A stretch of DNA of 64,000 bases. Source: Syncephalis fuscata S228 (taxonomy: Eukaryota; Fungi; Zoopagomycota). The stretch lies in assembly GCA_025786725.1 (NCBI GenBank), contig JAHLTZ010000022.1, forward strand, positions 372,001 through 436,000, read 5' to 3'. Of the stretch, positions 24,440 through 39,290 are shown one piece after another. Positions within the stretch are counted from its first letter, which is position 1. Each line of letters starts with the position of its first letter. Made by a program: the position numbers and the translations under genes. Under the pieces are notes generated by a model. The model was not told the origin of the DNA. It saw only the letters and a program-made list of their open reading frames with translations, and did not search any database.

Positions 24440-27400
24440 TCAATTCGTAATGGCGACAGTCTCGCTTATGGATACGGGTGTTGTGGGTACGACAATGGTG
24501 CTCTGTCCACTAGACGATGCATTCGACGCCACTCGGGCCAATTCTCTCCTCGTCAATGGGTCGGCCGATTCGTCCGTCTCTTGTGTTGGTGACGATGGTA
24601 GTGTATCCACGACCGATGTTGTGGCAATTGACTCGGTCTCTTGTGCCGATTCCTGATGCGAATAAGCTGTGCTACCCGATAGTCTAGGTGCTTCATCTGT
24701 AGGTGATTGAGGAAGTGGTGGTGGCGGGAAGGATGGGCGTACAGTAACCGGCTCATCCTTGGGCTCAATAATCAGACTCATTTCATAAAGTCGATCACTA
24801 TTGCCGCCTGTCTTTGATGCACTAAGACGTTCTCGCAAATAGTCCTGCATTTCCTCGACCGCCATAAGATTATAATGAGTTTGGAATGATTGGATATTCT
24901 GTATAATTTTCACCATAGAGCGATATTTCTCAAAATTGATCAATTTATCCTGTGCCTGCTCCGATTTGACCAATCGATCCTTATAATCGGGATTACCATC
25001 AGCTGTAAAGGTGATATCCGTCAAGAAAATGCCTAAATTAAAGAAAAATTATTAGTAAATACTCATTAAAACAATTAATAAATACTTACCAAAGAATGGA
25101 ATACAAGGTGGCGGCAATTGACGAATACGTTCACGGTATTCTTTGTAATTTTTGGTACGATCTACCTTTTGCTGTAGTGTTTGGAGCATCCATTTTGTTT
25201 TATTGGGAATTAACTAGCATATAAACATAATAATAAATATAACTATCAATGTAAATATAAACTAAAACTTACCTCCCACGTTTTACGAAGACGATCTACA
25301 GGTGCCGATCGTATGGCACTAAGAATAGCCATCATTGTGTTGTAGTTATTTAAAGATAAACATTTCTATATTCCATATGGTCAATATATGTTTAATATAT
25401 GTGCCATTTAACCGCTACTTACATCTGCTAATTTAATATAGTATTTAAGAATAGATGCACGTCGCTTCAAATCATCTTCAAACAAGATTGATTCAGCCGT
25501 CCATGTAATAATTTGATTGCTAAGATCGGACATGCCACGAACATTGACCGCAATACGGCTATCCTTGCGTGTAAATTCTTGGTCAATCAATTCATACGGC
25601 TGAATAGCGCAGAATTGTTTGCCATCAATAATTGTAAGTTGGCGGGCCAATTCTAATGGATCAATATCGGTAACATTGACCAAATTTCGTGTTTTTAATG
25701 CCACTGAGATGTGACGTGGTAGATTGGGCGATGGAGGTGGTGCATCTGCAATACTATCTCGGCTGCCTAATGTAAATCGGTCAAGCTGCTTATTACGCGC
25801 CGTACGTGGTGACATTCTACCGATGGACGATACAATAGTGGTCATATGACTTTCTTTGGTCTAATAATCATCGGTTATTCAGCTGTATATGTTTACTTGT
25901 AATAATTACCTTGCGTTCAATCATTTCAAGTAAGGTAGTACTATCTTTTGGTGATACCTTGGTGCTTAATGTAATAAGTTCTTGTAGCTTGGACAATGCA
26001 ACTTCGTCTTTACTATGGAAAAAGTATTTTTCTAACCATGTTTTAACCATATGAATAACACTGAATACATATTCACTCGATGGTTAATATTGAATAGTTG
26101 AAATGTTACTAAATAATAATAGCTTACCGAATGCGAATGGGCTTCTGTTTTGCCAACGCCATACTTCCATATCCTTTTCAGCCAACCCTTTGGGTGGCTT
26201 AATACGGAAACGTTCCAGCAATTGTTCAGCCAACTTTTCAGGCGTAGAAAAGCAGCGGAATGTAAGGAAGAAGATATTAACATAGTCTTCATCTAGATAA
26301 AACAATTAAACAAATATATAGATTAATAAGTAACGTATCAATTAATCTAATCATTTTAAACTTACCTTTGGCTGTGTCGTGCGGCGTAAGACGTTCAACA
26401 AGAGCAGGCCATGTTCCACCACTAATCTGGTTCTCCATATTATAACGAATGTCACCTTCTTCGTATTCATGAAGAAGATATTTTGGTTTTTGCATCTATA
26501 TTTAAATTAATACCCATACAAAGCTATACTAAACATAGTAACCTACATTACGTGCAGGTGGTGGTACACGCGGTGTATCAACACCAAATAGCTTCATCAT
26601 CTTTGTATTGCTTCCTGTGCCAGTGTTTGTAGGACTACGCGAATAAGAATCGGGAATACGGCGATTGACCGAAGGATGGGTTGGACTCATCATATCGTGT
26701 GCAGTGCCAGTTGATGCCATACGTTCACGAGACAGATTCTGCTTTTGCATTACGGTCATTTGTGCCTTACGCCCCATACTGCCACCCATCAATGGCGAAT
26801 GGCCCTCTGAAGCAAGATGATTGGCACTTGCCGATCGTAGCATAGGCTCCGATGATTTACGGCCATGTGGACCCATCATATGGCCATCTGGCCCGTTGTG
26901 ATAGCCATACATATGCGCCATATGCGAGCCAGATGTGGCCGCTGCCTCTTCTTCTTCTCGTCGTTGTGCAGCAATACGTAGTGCAAACATTTGGCGTCCA
27001 CTAAATACCAGGTCATTCAATGCACTTTTAACACGAGCAATGCATGCTTTCAAGTATTCGAGTGCACCATCCGCTGGAAACTGATCAAGAGCAGCACCGG
27101 CTGAGTGCATCGATTTAATCTCCGCAAATAATCGGTCACAATTGTCTGAAAATCGAATCGACCATTCACGGTCATCGATAGCACCGTGTCGTTCTGCACT
27201 AGGCGTGCGATTATCACCAATAAGCGAGAATAATTGACCAACTTCGTGTACTGTCTCTCGCACTAGCATTTGAAGCATAGATGGTTCAGTTCGTCCATGA
27301 TCAACATGAGCTATTAGTCGATCCATAACACCGCTAATAGTTGCAGCCGATTGTTCCATTAAATCGCATAATTCAGCTGCTTCGCTATTAACAAGTGAAT

Positions 27401-28949
27401 GCTGCTGCTGATGTTGTTGTAGCTGTCTATCGGAAATAAACGGCGTTGTTGGCGTGGCAAGCGGTGTACGGCCAGTAGGTGATACCATAGCACCAAGAGG
27501 ACTAGTTGCCGAGTGTGTAAATTTATCGTTGCTAGCACTGCGATGAATTGTACGTTGTGCTGTTGGTGAACGTTGTTGTATTGCGATGGCAGAACTGGCC
27601 GACTGTGTCCGTGTCATGTTAATCAACGCTGGTGGTGGTGGCGGCTCTGTAATAAGCTCCAGCTGTAGTTCGGTAGCCATTAGAATAAATGATTTTACAT
27701 GTTCAAGCACTCCTAATGCATGGGCGTGCATATTGGTCAGTGTATCGGCCGGTGGCGGTGCCTGATGAGCAATGATTTTACAAACTGCTACCAATCGATT
27801 TAACGAAACAAATAGATTCTGCCGTACATCACGCAGATTTGGGTACTGAGCCAAGGCCGGTGAGTCTTCTCCTTTAACACCGGTGTGATAAAGGAGGTTA
27901 CGTACCGCACGTACTACGCTATTAGTAAAATTAATACATCGTCACTGTTGAGTGTTTTCATGTTACGCAAATCGGCGATTGGCTGTAAAATGTTGTCAAT
28001 AAGCATCTGCAGCGATACAGTGGGTGGTTGTTGTGGCTGTTGATACATATGCTGTTGTTTATGCTGTTGTAGAGGCGTCATAGGCAAAGTAGATGTGTTC
28101 GATCGCACTGGAGCTGTACGTGGTTGAGTAGTTGCCACTTTTCGACCACTGGCCGTAGTGGCAATAGACGTATCAATCGTCAATCCGTTCATTGAATTAG
28201 TAAGTGATCTGGGTAAACTGCCTTGTGGCTATTATAACATATCACAATAATTGTTATTAAATGATTTACTTTAAAGCTGTATATTTATATATATCTATAT
28301 TGGCTTACCTTGCCCAATTCAATAGGCCTATCCTCCTATAATCAATCATATTATAACCATTGGTTAATTTACCGTCTATGCTATAAATAAAATAGCGAAG
28401 CTAGGCGCGTACTTACCTCTGTTGTCGAGTTATTGGCCGTCAATTGCTGCTCATCCTCCTCTTGGATGGCCGGTGTTGCATTAAACATGGGTGCGTGTGT
28501 ATGACCATTGGTTGGTCGCTCGTCTTTACCGCGATGATTAGACCAATTCTGGTATTCCTTTCCTGTCGCTATGGCACCATTCGTCTTTTTAATTGCTTCA
28601 CTATCGGATTCCTTTCATCGCCACTCTCAGCGACTTTCTCATCAGAATCTGACCCAAGAGGCATCGCGACCGTTGATTGTTCCGTAATTACCTATCAACA
28701 ATTAACGCACTAATCTTGCTTTATGTTGCATGAAATACCAACCTTGTCAACAATTTCTTGTGGTGCAGTAATAACATATTCACTGGGGAACCAGCCTCGT
28801 TCGCGGTTTTCATACAAAATACCATCCCACCAGCCAGAATTGTCCTGATTTACTACTAGGATGATATCGCCTCGATGTAAAGCAATACAGCCGTCCTCGG
28901 TGGGCGAATAGTCGTGCCGTGCCACGACCACATCCATAAGTCGTGTCAT
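24440..28949 (-). CDS. SH3-domain Ras GEF, Cdc25/Sdc25-like, paralog 3; multi-exon
   Basis: SH3 motif VVARHDYSPTEDGCIALHRGD...SGWWDG...RGWFPSEYV. REM motif GGTWPALVERLTPHD. CDC25 motifs IDPLELARQLT, PPCIPFFG, TDITFTADGNP, INFEK and LYEMSLIIEP. Confidence 0.92.
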
Positions 28950-30657
28950 AATTGTTGATCAGCGTTATATGATAAATAAACGTATAAATTATTATTAAAT
29001 AGACTGTATAAGTATAATAATGTAGCTGTCAAAGTAGTGGTACGTCTTTACGACTGCTGGTTATGTATTTCTACTATCAGTATCGCTTATACGTCTTTGG
29101 GCTATTCTTATCGTAGGTGGTGGTGTCAATTGGTGTACGTCAATGGCATCCAGCGTCACTTCAAGTAGACAAGATAGGAATTGGTCCAACTACGTTTATA
29201 CGATAGACCACATCCAACGTCAATGAACCAAACGCAATCAAATAGGTAATGATACGTTAAAATCGAATAAAAGGGAAGGAAGAGATGTAAGAAGTTGATG
29301 AAGCGGTAGTAGCAGTGGTATTAGTAATAGTAACAGAGGCAATAGCAATGATATATAAGTCAAAACACCAAGAGTACAGAAGAGGAGAGGTCTGGTATTA
29401 GTTGCCTAGTAAGTTTGGTGATAGCACAAGTTGTAATAGCCGGTCGTTCAACGAGTGTTACTTGTGCGCAGCAACACACAAACACGAATTACTGGCAAGA
29501 TGTACACGTGCGCTCCGACTGCTGTTATTGCTGCTGCTGCACTGCTCCTACTTACTGGCCCGCGGATACTAAATAGACGCAATTAAGAAAAGCTAGATAA
29601 ACGTCAAGGATACACTCACAGATTCGCACAAACAAACGCAGGTGTACTCGGTCACTAAAGTAAAAGTGTATACGCTGTTCAATAATAAACGTTTTAAGCA
29701 ATAGATATCGCAAAATAGATAAATTAGGTTCTGTTTACAAGGAAAAATAAAGAAAGAGAGAAAGAAAGAAAGAACTGGTGAAGAAAGAGTGAGAGAGTAG
29801 GTACGAGAGATGATTGCAGACCCTGTGAAAACCTTATGTTGACGGAGAAAGTAAACGTGTGTATGTACACACTAATATAAACGAGGAAGACTTGTGAATA
29901 AGAAGAGTATATATTGAACGGGAACTCAAACGACGTGTCAAGGTCGGGAAATCAATTAGGCTAATAATAAGTACTATTTAGTCAATAATATTGTTATATA
30001 CGGAAACGGACACTAACTAAAGGGCGAGCAAATAGATAACGAAGAAGCAAACAAGCAAGCGTACAACCGATGAAAGAAGAGAATAGGATGGTCGATATCA
30101 ACTAGATAGGAGATACAGTAGCTGTTGTCGTTGTAATACATATAAAACGAAGCAACTACTATTATCGTATTATTAATAAAAAACTGTATAGTAAAAAGAA
30201 ATTAATTGTAATAGTAAATACTCGTAGCAATAACAAGAAATAGAATACTATTATAAAGAGGGAGTGTATATATACACATAAATGGGGTCAGCCATGGATA
30301 ACCAAATCTGAGACATGTACTTACATTGCACGCGTGTAAGCGCGTGTGGATGGCACGCGTGAAGTACATCATTATCCGTGCAGTCCAGTGTTGTATCTGT
30401 GTGTGTAGATGTTGTTGTTAGCCACCGGTTACTAAACATACTAATATTTGATGACATTTCCTTTATCATTATCCGGTTTTATTTAATGGTAAAAATACCA
30501 TGATAGCTACCGATCATTTAATAAGCTATTAACGTTTTTGTTTGTTAATAGCAATAGTAAACGTATTATGCCATTGGTGTATTATTACCATGGCATCATT
30601 ATTAAGTTACATTATCATACAAGTACAATACAATACACCGTTATTGTTATATAATAA

Positions 30658-32393
30658 TCAATAGTATTTATTGAAGTACATCACGGATAATGCATCCGGT
30701 GCATGGGATCGAGAACCAATACGGCCACTATACCGTGTATCACCCAACTGCAGTACCATATGAGCCATGCCAGTACGCTGCTGACGCACCTGTAATGCTG
30801 CGGCCGATCCTAATGGTGTATCATTGCTGGGCATGGCATCGAGACGTTGTTGTTCTGCCATTTGTTTCATTCGCTTCTCCGTCTTTGCCTTGCCAGATTG
30901 CTTTCCATGGAACTGTGTGATAATTCACGGAAGGCCTAAATAAAAGTGTGTTAATAAGTGTGCGTGCCATATAACAGCATCGTATAATTTACCTCTTTCT
31001 GATTCAAGCGATGGCCATGTTTATCCATATAGACCAGATCGACTGTGGCTGATATCACGCATCATCGAGTCCCATTCTCTTGTCGTCGCTGTTCCTGGTA
31101 GCGGGCTCTTCTTCATGACGTTCACGTTCACGTTCAAGGGCGTGACCACCTCGTTTGCCAGATTGAGCGGCTGCTTCTCGCCGAAGTGTTTCTCTGCTTC
31201 TCTTTCCGATCCATACGGGCATATGTTTTGCATTCTTGCTTAAATTCAATTTGTTGTGTGCCATGCGTGCATTACGTAATTCCTTTCTGAAGGATTAACT
31301 GCCAAGCCTGGTATGAATCATATTAATATTAATATTATTGTCAACGATTCATCTAATAGCCTCTTACCTTTTGACGTAGTAAAGCCATAGTGGCGCCGAG
31401 ACCTGTGGCTACCAATGGTTCATCGCTGATGGCCGTCTCCTAATTATATAAAACTAAAGCTATTATCATTGTAATATTGGTTTGATTTACCTTTCTGCTG
31501 CTCGTTCTGGATCCAATTCTTCGTCTTCCTTTTCTTCTTCACCATCTTCATTCTTTACTATAGCCGAGTCGATTTCCATTGCGTTAGCTGTATTAAAATC
31601 GGTCATGCCAATATCGGTAGGTTCACGTTGACCGCTATATTATCTGTCAAACTGCCTCGATATCTGTATCTTCTTCCTTCTTGGTGGTAATAGTACATCA
31701 AGGGTAAGCCCACGTACAAACCTGTAGTATCTGAGAATACAAGTTCATTGTTACCATTATAGGATTGGCATCTGTATCATTGGCAGCATTCCACGATTCA
31801 TCTTCATTATCCGATGCTTCTCTAATACGTTAACTAGTATAATAATTAATAATTAATAATAATAATTAATAATATAATATATTCTGTACGTTCATACCTT
31901 GTTCAGCAATCTCTTCTGCTGCACTACGTTATTACGCTTCTTGGTTGCAGTTTACGAGCTAGTGCTAACGCCTGTTGAAATCATCATCATCAACCAGATT
32001 AGTGGTTGATAGATCAGCTCGAGCAATATATCTGGCTTTTCCTCGACATCTAATGCCATGGCTAATTCATCGGGTATTGCTTGTTCAGTCGTTGATGTTG
32101 ATGTGGTCGTCGACGTACTTTCGCCCCTTCTACTTTGGCGTGACTTTCTAAATGTAACATCTGCTTCTTCTTGTTATAATCGCTCATAATTTGCATTTCT
32201 ATTTATTCTGGTCAGTTTATATGATATATTATTACTGTTTGTTACACTTACTTGTATATCAAGTGTTTCTCCTTCAGCACGTAATCTATCGGTGACAGTC
32301 TGTCGTGATTGGTCATTTGGTGTTGATCAGGATCTTTACCTAACATAAAACTCTAATATAATAGATGTTTATTAAATATAAGGATAAATTATA

Positions 32394-32426
<33 letters not shown>

Positions 32427-33406
32427 GCAATAGTTAATTAAAACTACTTACTTAGATTTACACCATCAATGACATCATCGTAATGGGAAAGAATTGTTGG
32501 CTTATTGCCAATCGTGGTAGAAAATTCTTCATCGTCGTATCCCGTATAAATGGGCCGTTTTTTCCTATTCTCTAAATTACGTTCCAATCGACTCTTTTCT
32601 GCCAAATGAATACTTTCCAGCTGGTCTCCTTCCTCTAATAAGTTTATTAATATTAATAGAATTAATTATTTAATTAATTACCTTCATTTCCATAATAGTC
32701 GAGTCTTTAAGTACTAGTACTTGTTCTTCGCCTTCTTGGAATTCTGATAGATCATGAGCTACCTTTAATCCTTTAGATGTTCTATATTATTATTATTGTA
32801 AGTTATAGGCAGACTTATAATATTCCATGCTATTAATTCACTTACCGGCTGAATAGTCCGACTGGCCATTAGCAGCAATCTCATCCTGTTCTTCTAGCTG
32901 TTGAGCACGTTTGCCGCAAGTGCTCGTTCTTTGGCTTTGGCACGGTCTGCCTGTCGATTACGACGCACCCAGTCTACTGCGCTAACCTCACCTGACTGTA
33001 CATCAGCCTCACCTAGCCCCTTTCCTTCTAGCTTTTTTGATAGTTTAGCGCGATTCTGCAATCTAAACAAAGGTAGTAAGCGAATGCATGTTAGTTGCTA
33101 TTTCCAGTTATTGTTCAGACTACCAATGCGCTTACTTTTCAATCTTGTTCTTAATTGCTTTCTCTTCGGCTGCCTTTTTCTCTTTATCTCGTTGTTCGCG
33201 ATAGTTACGCTCAGCTGTTACAGTAGCATTTGATGGTCCAGCCTCCAATGGCTTTAATCCCAAACTAATACGCAATTTACTATATAAATACAACACGATT
33301 AGTACAAAGCACAGTCATCGCTTACAATTCTGCTGCTAATAGCTTACTTGGTCTCCTCGAGAGAGAGCGAGATCTCATCCGCATTCGAATTATTGTCATC
33401 GGCCAT
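30658..33406 (-). CDS. SNU66: U4/U6.U5 tri-snRNP-associated protein SART1/Snu66; many introns
   Basis: N-terminal HIND motif ISLSLEETNKLRISLGLKPL from ATG 33406. C-terminal FHGK...DTPLGSAAALQVRQQRTGMAHMVL. Confidence 0.88.
32393..32425. repeat. (ATT)n microsatellite in a SNU66 intron
   Basis: attattattatt run. Confidence 0.85.
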
Positions 33407-34271
33407 TTTGAAAAAAGATAAAAACAATCAATGTAAAGAATGTGAGTTAAAGAAAATCCACCAATTTATTGAAACAGATCATGTTACTTGTATGACTGTG
33501 ACTTAATCACACCAAACATCCACTTATTAGTAAGCGTTTAAGCACTACAAATGTAATAATATAAACAAAAGTATAGACTTGCATATTTACATTCTTAAAT
33601 TATAAAATACATAAAACTTGTGATTAAACCATAAATATGTAGATTGGTTGCTTAAATACCATAATCCAGATAACACTTTAAGAACTGATGACAATCATAT
33701 ACTTAAGGAATGCCTATGATTTAATATCTTTTTTAAGACGATGATTTAAATTATCAATCTAGTGGGTCATACAAGTAGCTATACCCCACTATAGTCTTAT
33801 TTAGTAGAAATAATGAACTTATATTTGTTTGATAATTGGCCATTGGAAGTATTCTATTCATTATTGTAGTTTATGTTCTTTATACAATTGATTATAACAA
33901 TGAAACAGCATTAAATAATCACAAAATAATTAAAATTAACTTTTAAATACTATGCATAAACATTGGTAATAAAACCACAAATAGTTAAACTATAGTGAGG
34001 AAATACGTAAATTAAATCATTAAAACATGCAATAATTGAGTAAATTGCATGACATAAAAATAGCTTAAATAGTTTCTATTACAATGCAATCGTTATTATG
34101 TAATGTAGTAAATAAACTAAATGATTGGCTAATATGCTGCACACTATTATTCAATGTTACAATAAACAAAAAGATCCATTTAAAACAAGATTGTATATCA
34201 TAAAGTATCTATTAATCAATATATTTCAGTGTTTATTTTTGAATAAATCATAAATGCAGCCAACTCATAAC

Positions 34272-35644
34272 TTAAGGACGAATGCTTTCAACATATTCAA
34301 TCATGGCACCCAAGGTCCAGCCAAATTTACCAGCAGGACTTTGGTCAACAAAGTTGAATTCACGATCAATTGGCAGACGATAGCTGTCCACGGCCAATCC
34401 TAATAACAAAGCAGCGCCAAAGCATGTCGAGTCGGTCGATTCATCGTTGTCCGAGTCATCATCCGAGTTCTTCTCCTTCAAATTGTTTCCACCGCTTTGG
34501 CAGGCCTTTTGGGCCGCGTTCTGGATACATTTCATGCTGGATTTACCAGTGCATTGAAGTTGTTCAGCAATATCATAGTAGTTACCAGTACCGAATACTG
34601 GCATGTCGGCTGGGATATCTGGCTGGTAGACACTATTGATGGCGCATGGCTCAACTGCACAGACTGAGTTGCGACCAAGTAGTGTTCGGCGAACAACTTC
34701 ACGACAGCCTTCAAAATTACCTCGACCAATTAGCTTAACAGTACGTCCATTCACCACAAAGCTCTGAGTAACGCCATTGGGTGTGCATGGATCTTGGATT
34801 TCAGTGCTGTTATTGCCATCGGCGAGTACTTCAACCAACGTTTGCGGGCTTCGCCAACACCAAGGCCTAAGTAAGAGTGGGCGTACAATTCGTAGGATGT
34901 TTCGTTGACCTGAGTGGTATAGGCGCCCTTCAAAGGAGTGGTGGCTGGTTTGAATGTAACCTGTGTCGAGCCGTTGCCAAGATCAAGTGCAGCAATAGTT
35001 TGTGGTTGTCCGAACCATGCAGTGTATTCATTAGTGTATTAGTGGTGATCCATCCATAGATACCCTCTTGTTCTCCTGTAATGATTTGAGCACCAGACTT
35101 GCTATCAAAATTGAATGGAACCTTGTTTTTGTTACCCAAGAACGCAGCAACAGCATCCATCACTTGTTGACGACGAGCTTCAGGTAATAGTCGTAGACCA
35201 GCGTGGCCTTTAGGAAAATTGGTGTGTTGGAGTGATATTCCGATGGAATAAACTTTTTGGCCTTTTCAATCAATGGCAAAAGATATTCGGCAACCTTAGC
35301 TGGTTCTTGCGCGGCTAGGCCCGGTGCTACTTTAGCTTTTTGTTGTTTTCCGCCCTTTTTGAACATTGGATTAACGGCAACGTGTGGATTTTTGGCAGTT
35401 ACACTTTGCCAGTAATATGGATAAATTCGTGTACCACCCGAGCCAGCATCGATAATCAAGGCATAATTGATGGCTGAAGCCTTAGCCGGCTTATCTGAAT
35501 ATGGTTGAGCAGCATAGGCATATGATGGTGGTGGCGGTTATAGCTTCTGGCTGGAGTAGCTTCAGCAGTATTAGATAGATTGACTGTGACCAGCATGGTG
35601 GATGCAAGCCAAGAGGCTTGTACTAACTGAATAAATAGATTCAT
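34272..35644 (-). CDS. Secreted GDA1/CD39 apyrase (NTPDase), copy 1; intronless, several frameshifts
   Basis: Signal peptide. ACR1 IIDAGSGGTR, ACR2 FLKAT(AG), ACR3 GEQEGIYGW, ACR4 DLGNGSTQV, HSYLGLG and ACR5 GWTLGAM are spread across shifted ORFs. Confidence 0.85.
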
Positions 35645-36737
35645 AATAATTGTAACAAATGTGACGTATTAGCAAAAAATGCTTACTAGAATACTGAAAA
35701 AATGGAAAAGTAGTGCAATTTAGAGTAGCGATAGCAACATATAGAATTCAAATCAGGGAATTTTATTTTAATAAAGGAGCAATTTATAAGAGCGATGGTC
35801 GTTAGTTTCACATCTACATCATTCTGCTACACGAAGTCGCACCGTGCTTTATCACGAAACACAAGGCCTTATGCGTAGAAGCTACTATACACTAGTTAAG
35901 GCGAAGATGACCAAAGCAATTTTATTAGATATGGCATGTGACAGAAGTTACCATCAAACGCGCTGGTGTACTATGACCACAGTATCAGTAATAGATAGCG
36001 ACCTTTTTGGTCTTGTCAGGTTATTTAATTCGCCAATGGTCAGGCCTTTCATACGCTGTAACTCTTGCTCAATACACAAATGTAAAGGAGATAAATCCGG
36101 CAATATGTCATTAATTAATTGTTACTCAGTTATAATATCGTTGCACGCGTGGCTGGAAACCGTAATTAATTTAATAAAACATGACTTTTATTTACAATTA
36201 TATATTTTTTATTCCTTAGATTCTAACATTTAGTGCATAGCTATGAAACGGCTGTTCCATTCGTACTACAACGCTCCTGTTGCCTTTTTTGTTTTTGGGT
36301 GTGCACTACGTAATTTGTATAAATGGCATTTATTGCTTTTGTGTATTGAAGTTACACAACTTGCAATAGCCAATAGATGTCTTCTAGTCTTCTCATACAT
36401 TGTGTTTCATTTTCGGTGAATATGCCGCCATGTGTATCACACAAGCAAGCTTGCGGACTGTATAGGATAGGCCACCATTTGCGGACTCCACAAAACATGT
36501 CACTTCATTGGCACAGTTATAGCTGTCTGAAAATCCCTTGCAATCAATATTGCACATAAAATATTGTACTACAAACATTCCTGGATTAAATATTTGTTTG
36601 TGTTTTAATAAATAATTAGTACCATTTAGTTATTATTAATAATTACTGGTACGCATTTAAAACGTATCATTAATGGAAACAATGTTTAGTGTGTAACTGT
36701 CATATCGTATTTTTTATTAATAAAAAAACAGCCATCA

Positions 36738-38144
36738 TTATTTTGATACGCGTTCAGCGATATTAAGTCCAATGTCGTTAGCGATATTGACCATTGCACC
36801 AAGTGCCCAGCTTAACGTGCCAGTGGGTAGTGAGTCGGAGAACTCAACAGTTCGGTCGAGGGGAATACGATAGCTATCGTGTAGCAATGCAATTGATAAA
36901 GCGGCATTAAAACAAATATTGTTCAAGAACGGAGTATTTTTAAATGCCTGTTTGGCAGCAGTATTTGATAGGTGACTGCATTTGTCTTCTGCCGCACGGA
37001 GTAAACAACCTACTGTTGATGTTCCATCACATCCGAACAACTTGGCCGTATAATAATAACTGCCTGTAGCGTAAATAGGCATTTTTTCCGGAATATCAGG
37101 CTGATGGACTCCATTAATAGCACACGGATCGGTGGCGCAGAAGTTGCCACGGCCCAAAAGAGCCTGGCTAAGAATGGCGCGGCATCGGCCAAACTCGCCC
37201 TTACCTACCAGTGTTACAGTGCGATTATTGACATCAAACGAGGTAGTTGTGCCCAAGAATAGGCAAGGATCGCTAATAAGTCGCTGGCTCTTTGAATCCA
37301 TCAATGATGCCACCATTCGTTTGCGCGCCTCATCAGAACCAAGCATCAAGTAGGAATGTGTGTAGAGATCATGTGTAGTGCCGTTAACACGGCTAGCATA
37401 GGCACCTTCTAAAGGAGCGACTGTAGGTTCGAAAGTGATTTGCGTGGAGGCACCACCAAGATCAAGAGTAGCCACTGTTTGCTCATTCTTTGATAACAGT
37501 CGGCCCAGCAGGCTGTTGGCAGCCAGCCAGCCAAACAATCCTTCGTGCTCGCCAGGAATAACTTGGGCACCCACTTTTGTATCAAATTTGAAAGGCACTT
37601 CTGTCTTATTGCTCATAAAAGCGGCAACTGCATCGATAAGTGCCTGGCGTTGCTGGCGAGGAACAAGGCGCATACCGGCCGTAGCCTTTAAATAAATGTA
37701 AGTGTTGGCATGGTGGCTTTGGGGAATAAACTGGGTAGCATTCTGGATTAGTGGTCGAAGATATTCAGCAACATTTTGAGGCTGCTGCGCTGATAAGCCA
37801 GGCGTAACTTTTGCTTCTAACTGTTTTTTGCCCTCTTTATCAAGTAATGGATAAACGGCAACTTGTGTCTGGTTGAGTCGAATACTGCTCCAGTAGAATG
37901 GATAGATTCGACTACCACTGCTACCTGCATCAATAAGTAGACCATAACTAATATCATCAGTTATTGTTGATGGATTTGCAGTAGTAGCAGTAGCAGCACT
38001 ATCAGCAGTAGCACTATCAGCAGTAGCGAATTTAATAGGACCTTCAAGAAATGGCAATGTTGCACCAATACTTGATGATACTAGACTAGTCGCAAAAAGC
38101 GTAATAGTTATGGTAACGTGTACCAAGCGAGCCAATCGATTCAT
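36738..38144 (-). CDS. Secreted GDA1/CD39 apyrase (NTPDase), copy 2; intact, intronless
   Basis: IDAGSSGSR, KATAGMRL, GEHEGLFGW, LDLGGASTQ, HSYL and SWALGAM. N-terminal signal peptide from MNRLARL; no C-terminal TM. Confidence 0.95.
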   Translation of the reverse strand: MNRLARLVHVTITITLFATSLVSSSIGATLPFLEGPIKFATADSATADSAATATTANPSTITDDISYGLLIDAGSSGSRIYPFYWSSIRLNQTQVAVYPLLDKEGKKQLEAKVTPGLSAQQPQNVAEYLRPLIQNATQFIPQSHHANTYIYLKATAGMRLVPRQQRQALIDAVAAFMSNKTEVPFKFDTKVGAQVIPGEHEGLFGWLAANSLLGRLLSKNEQTVATLDLGGASTQITFEPTVAPLEGAYASRVNGTTHDLYTHSYLMLGSDEARKRMVASLMDSKSQRLISDPCLFLGTTTSFDVNNRTVTLVGKGEFGRCRAILSQALLGRGNFCATDPCAINGVHQPDIPEKMPIYATGSYYYTAKLFGCDGTSTVGCLLRAAEDKCSHLSNTAAKQAFKNTPFLNNICFNAALSIALLHDSYRIPLDRTVEFSDSLPTGTLSWALGAMVNIANDIGLNIAERVSK

Positions 38145-39290
38145 GATGAAAAAGTGGATAAATATCAACTATCGTATTGAATTGGTAATAAAGATCAAAA
38201 GATGGATCTAATAAATAGAGAATAGGTTGTGTACTCGTTACGAAACGGAAGGAATCAGACTGGGAACTGCAAATAATAAGGAGTTGAACAAACAAGTCGA
38301 TCATTCATTATGTTAAATACTTCTATTTCTACTGTCCGTTTTTCTTTTCTAGCTTGTGCTTAGATTGCTAAATCTAGAATATTGAAACGGCGGTCAATAT
38401 CCACATGGCTGTTTCCCCCTTTAGCCACGATATATGACATCTCCTAAATTCAACTTTATCGTTTCTTTCTTATTGATACTACTCTCATGTAGCAACAATC
38501 ATAGACGCAAGGCTAGCCTTAGATTCACCTTGTACCTGCACCAATTCACATGGAACACAAACAGTTGGATGAAATCCAGGTTCATTGACTACATGCCGGC
38601 CCACAAGAATTGTTTATTACATTTACTAAATCAAGTAATTCTTTTTATATACATTAACCTATTGTGGTGATAATTAGTGATGCTGGCCATGAGCACGAGT
38701 ATCTAATCGTCAATACAAATAAAATAAATAAATAAAGATTTTATAGCTATAGGCCTATATCTACATATGGCTTAGTTTTAGTTGCAGAGTTTCCAAGTCC
38801 AATGACTTGTTAAAGTGTAACATTGTTGTATGAATATTTATAACGGGTATTGTACTGATCCAACATCACGATTAACGTTTTCCAAGCATCTGGACAATTA
38901 GTCTATTTTACGACATTTATTATCCGACAATTAATTGTTGTTATACAAATGGAGCGTTTTACAATGGCACATGACGCGTGACCGCCATCAGCACTAAAAG
39001 GCAAACTCGTGTCAGTGATGACCACACTGGCCCAGTATTGTTTTGCATTCCTTTAATCTATGCATTCCTGCACTATTTCCTATCATTGCTGCTCCTCGTA
39101 TACTGAATAGCAGAACGACAGTAATATTGGTTCTAGCAGTCCCGCCCCTTATCTCCTTTTGCCTGGGAAAAGAAAATTTGGCGAATAGTTACTGAGTCTA
39201 GGCACTGACTGACATACCCATGTAGATATTGCTATTCATTCGCCGGCAATCACTACAATCGCAACTCTATTGTCCTTGGCCGTGTTTAAC

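Noticed and set aside
28373-28375. Possible 3-nt micro-exon (catag|ACG|gtaaat) in RasGEF-3
   Set aside because: The flanking introns would be only about 37 and 41 nt, and the gene splices in frame without it.
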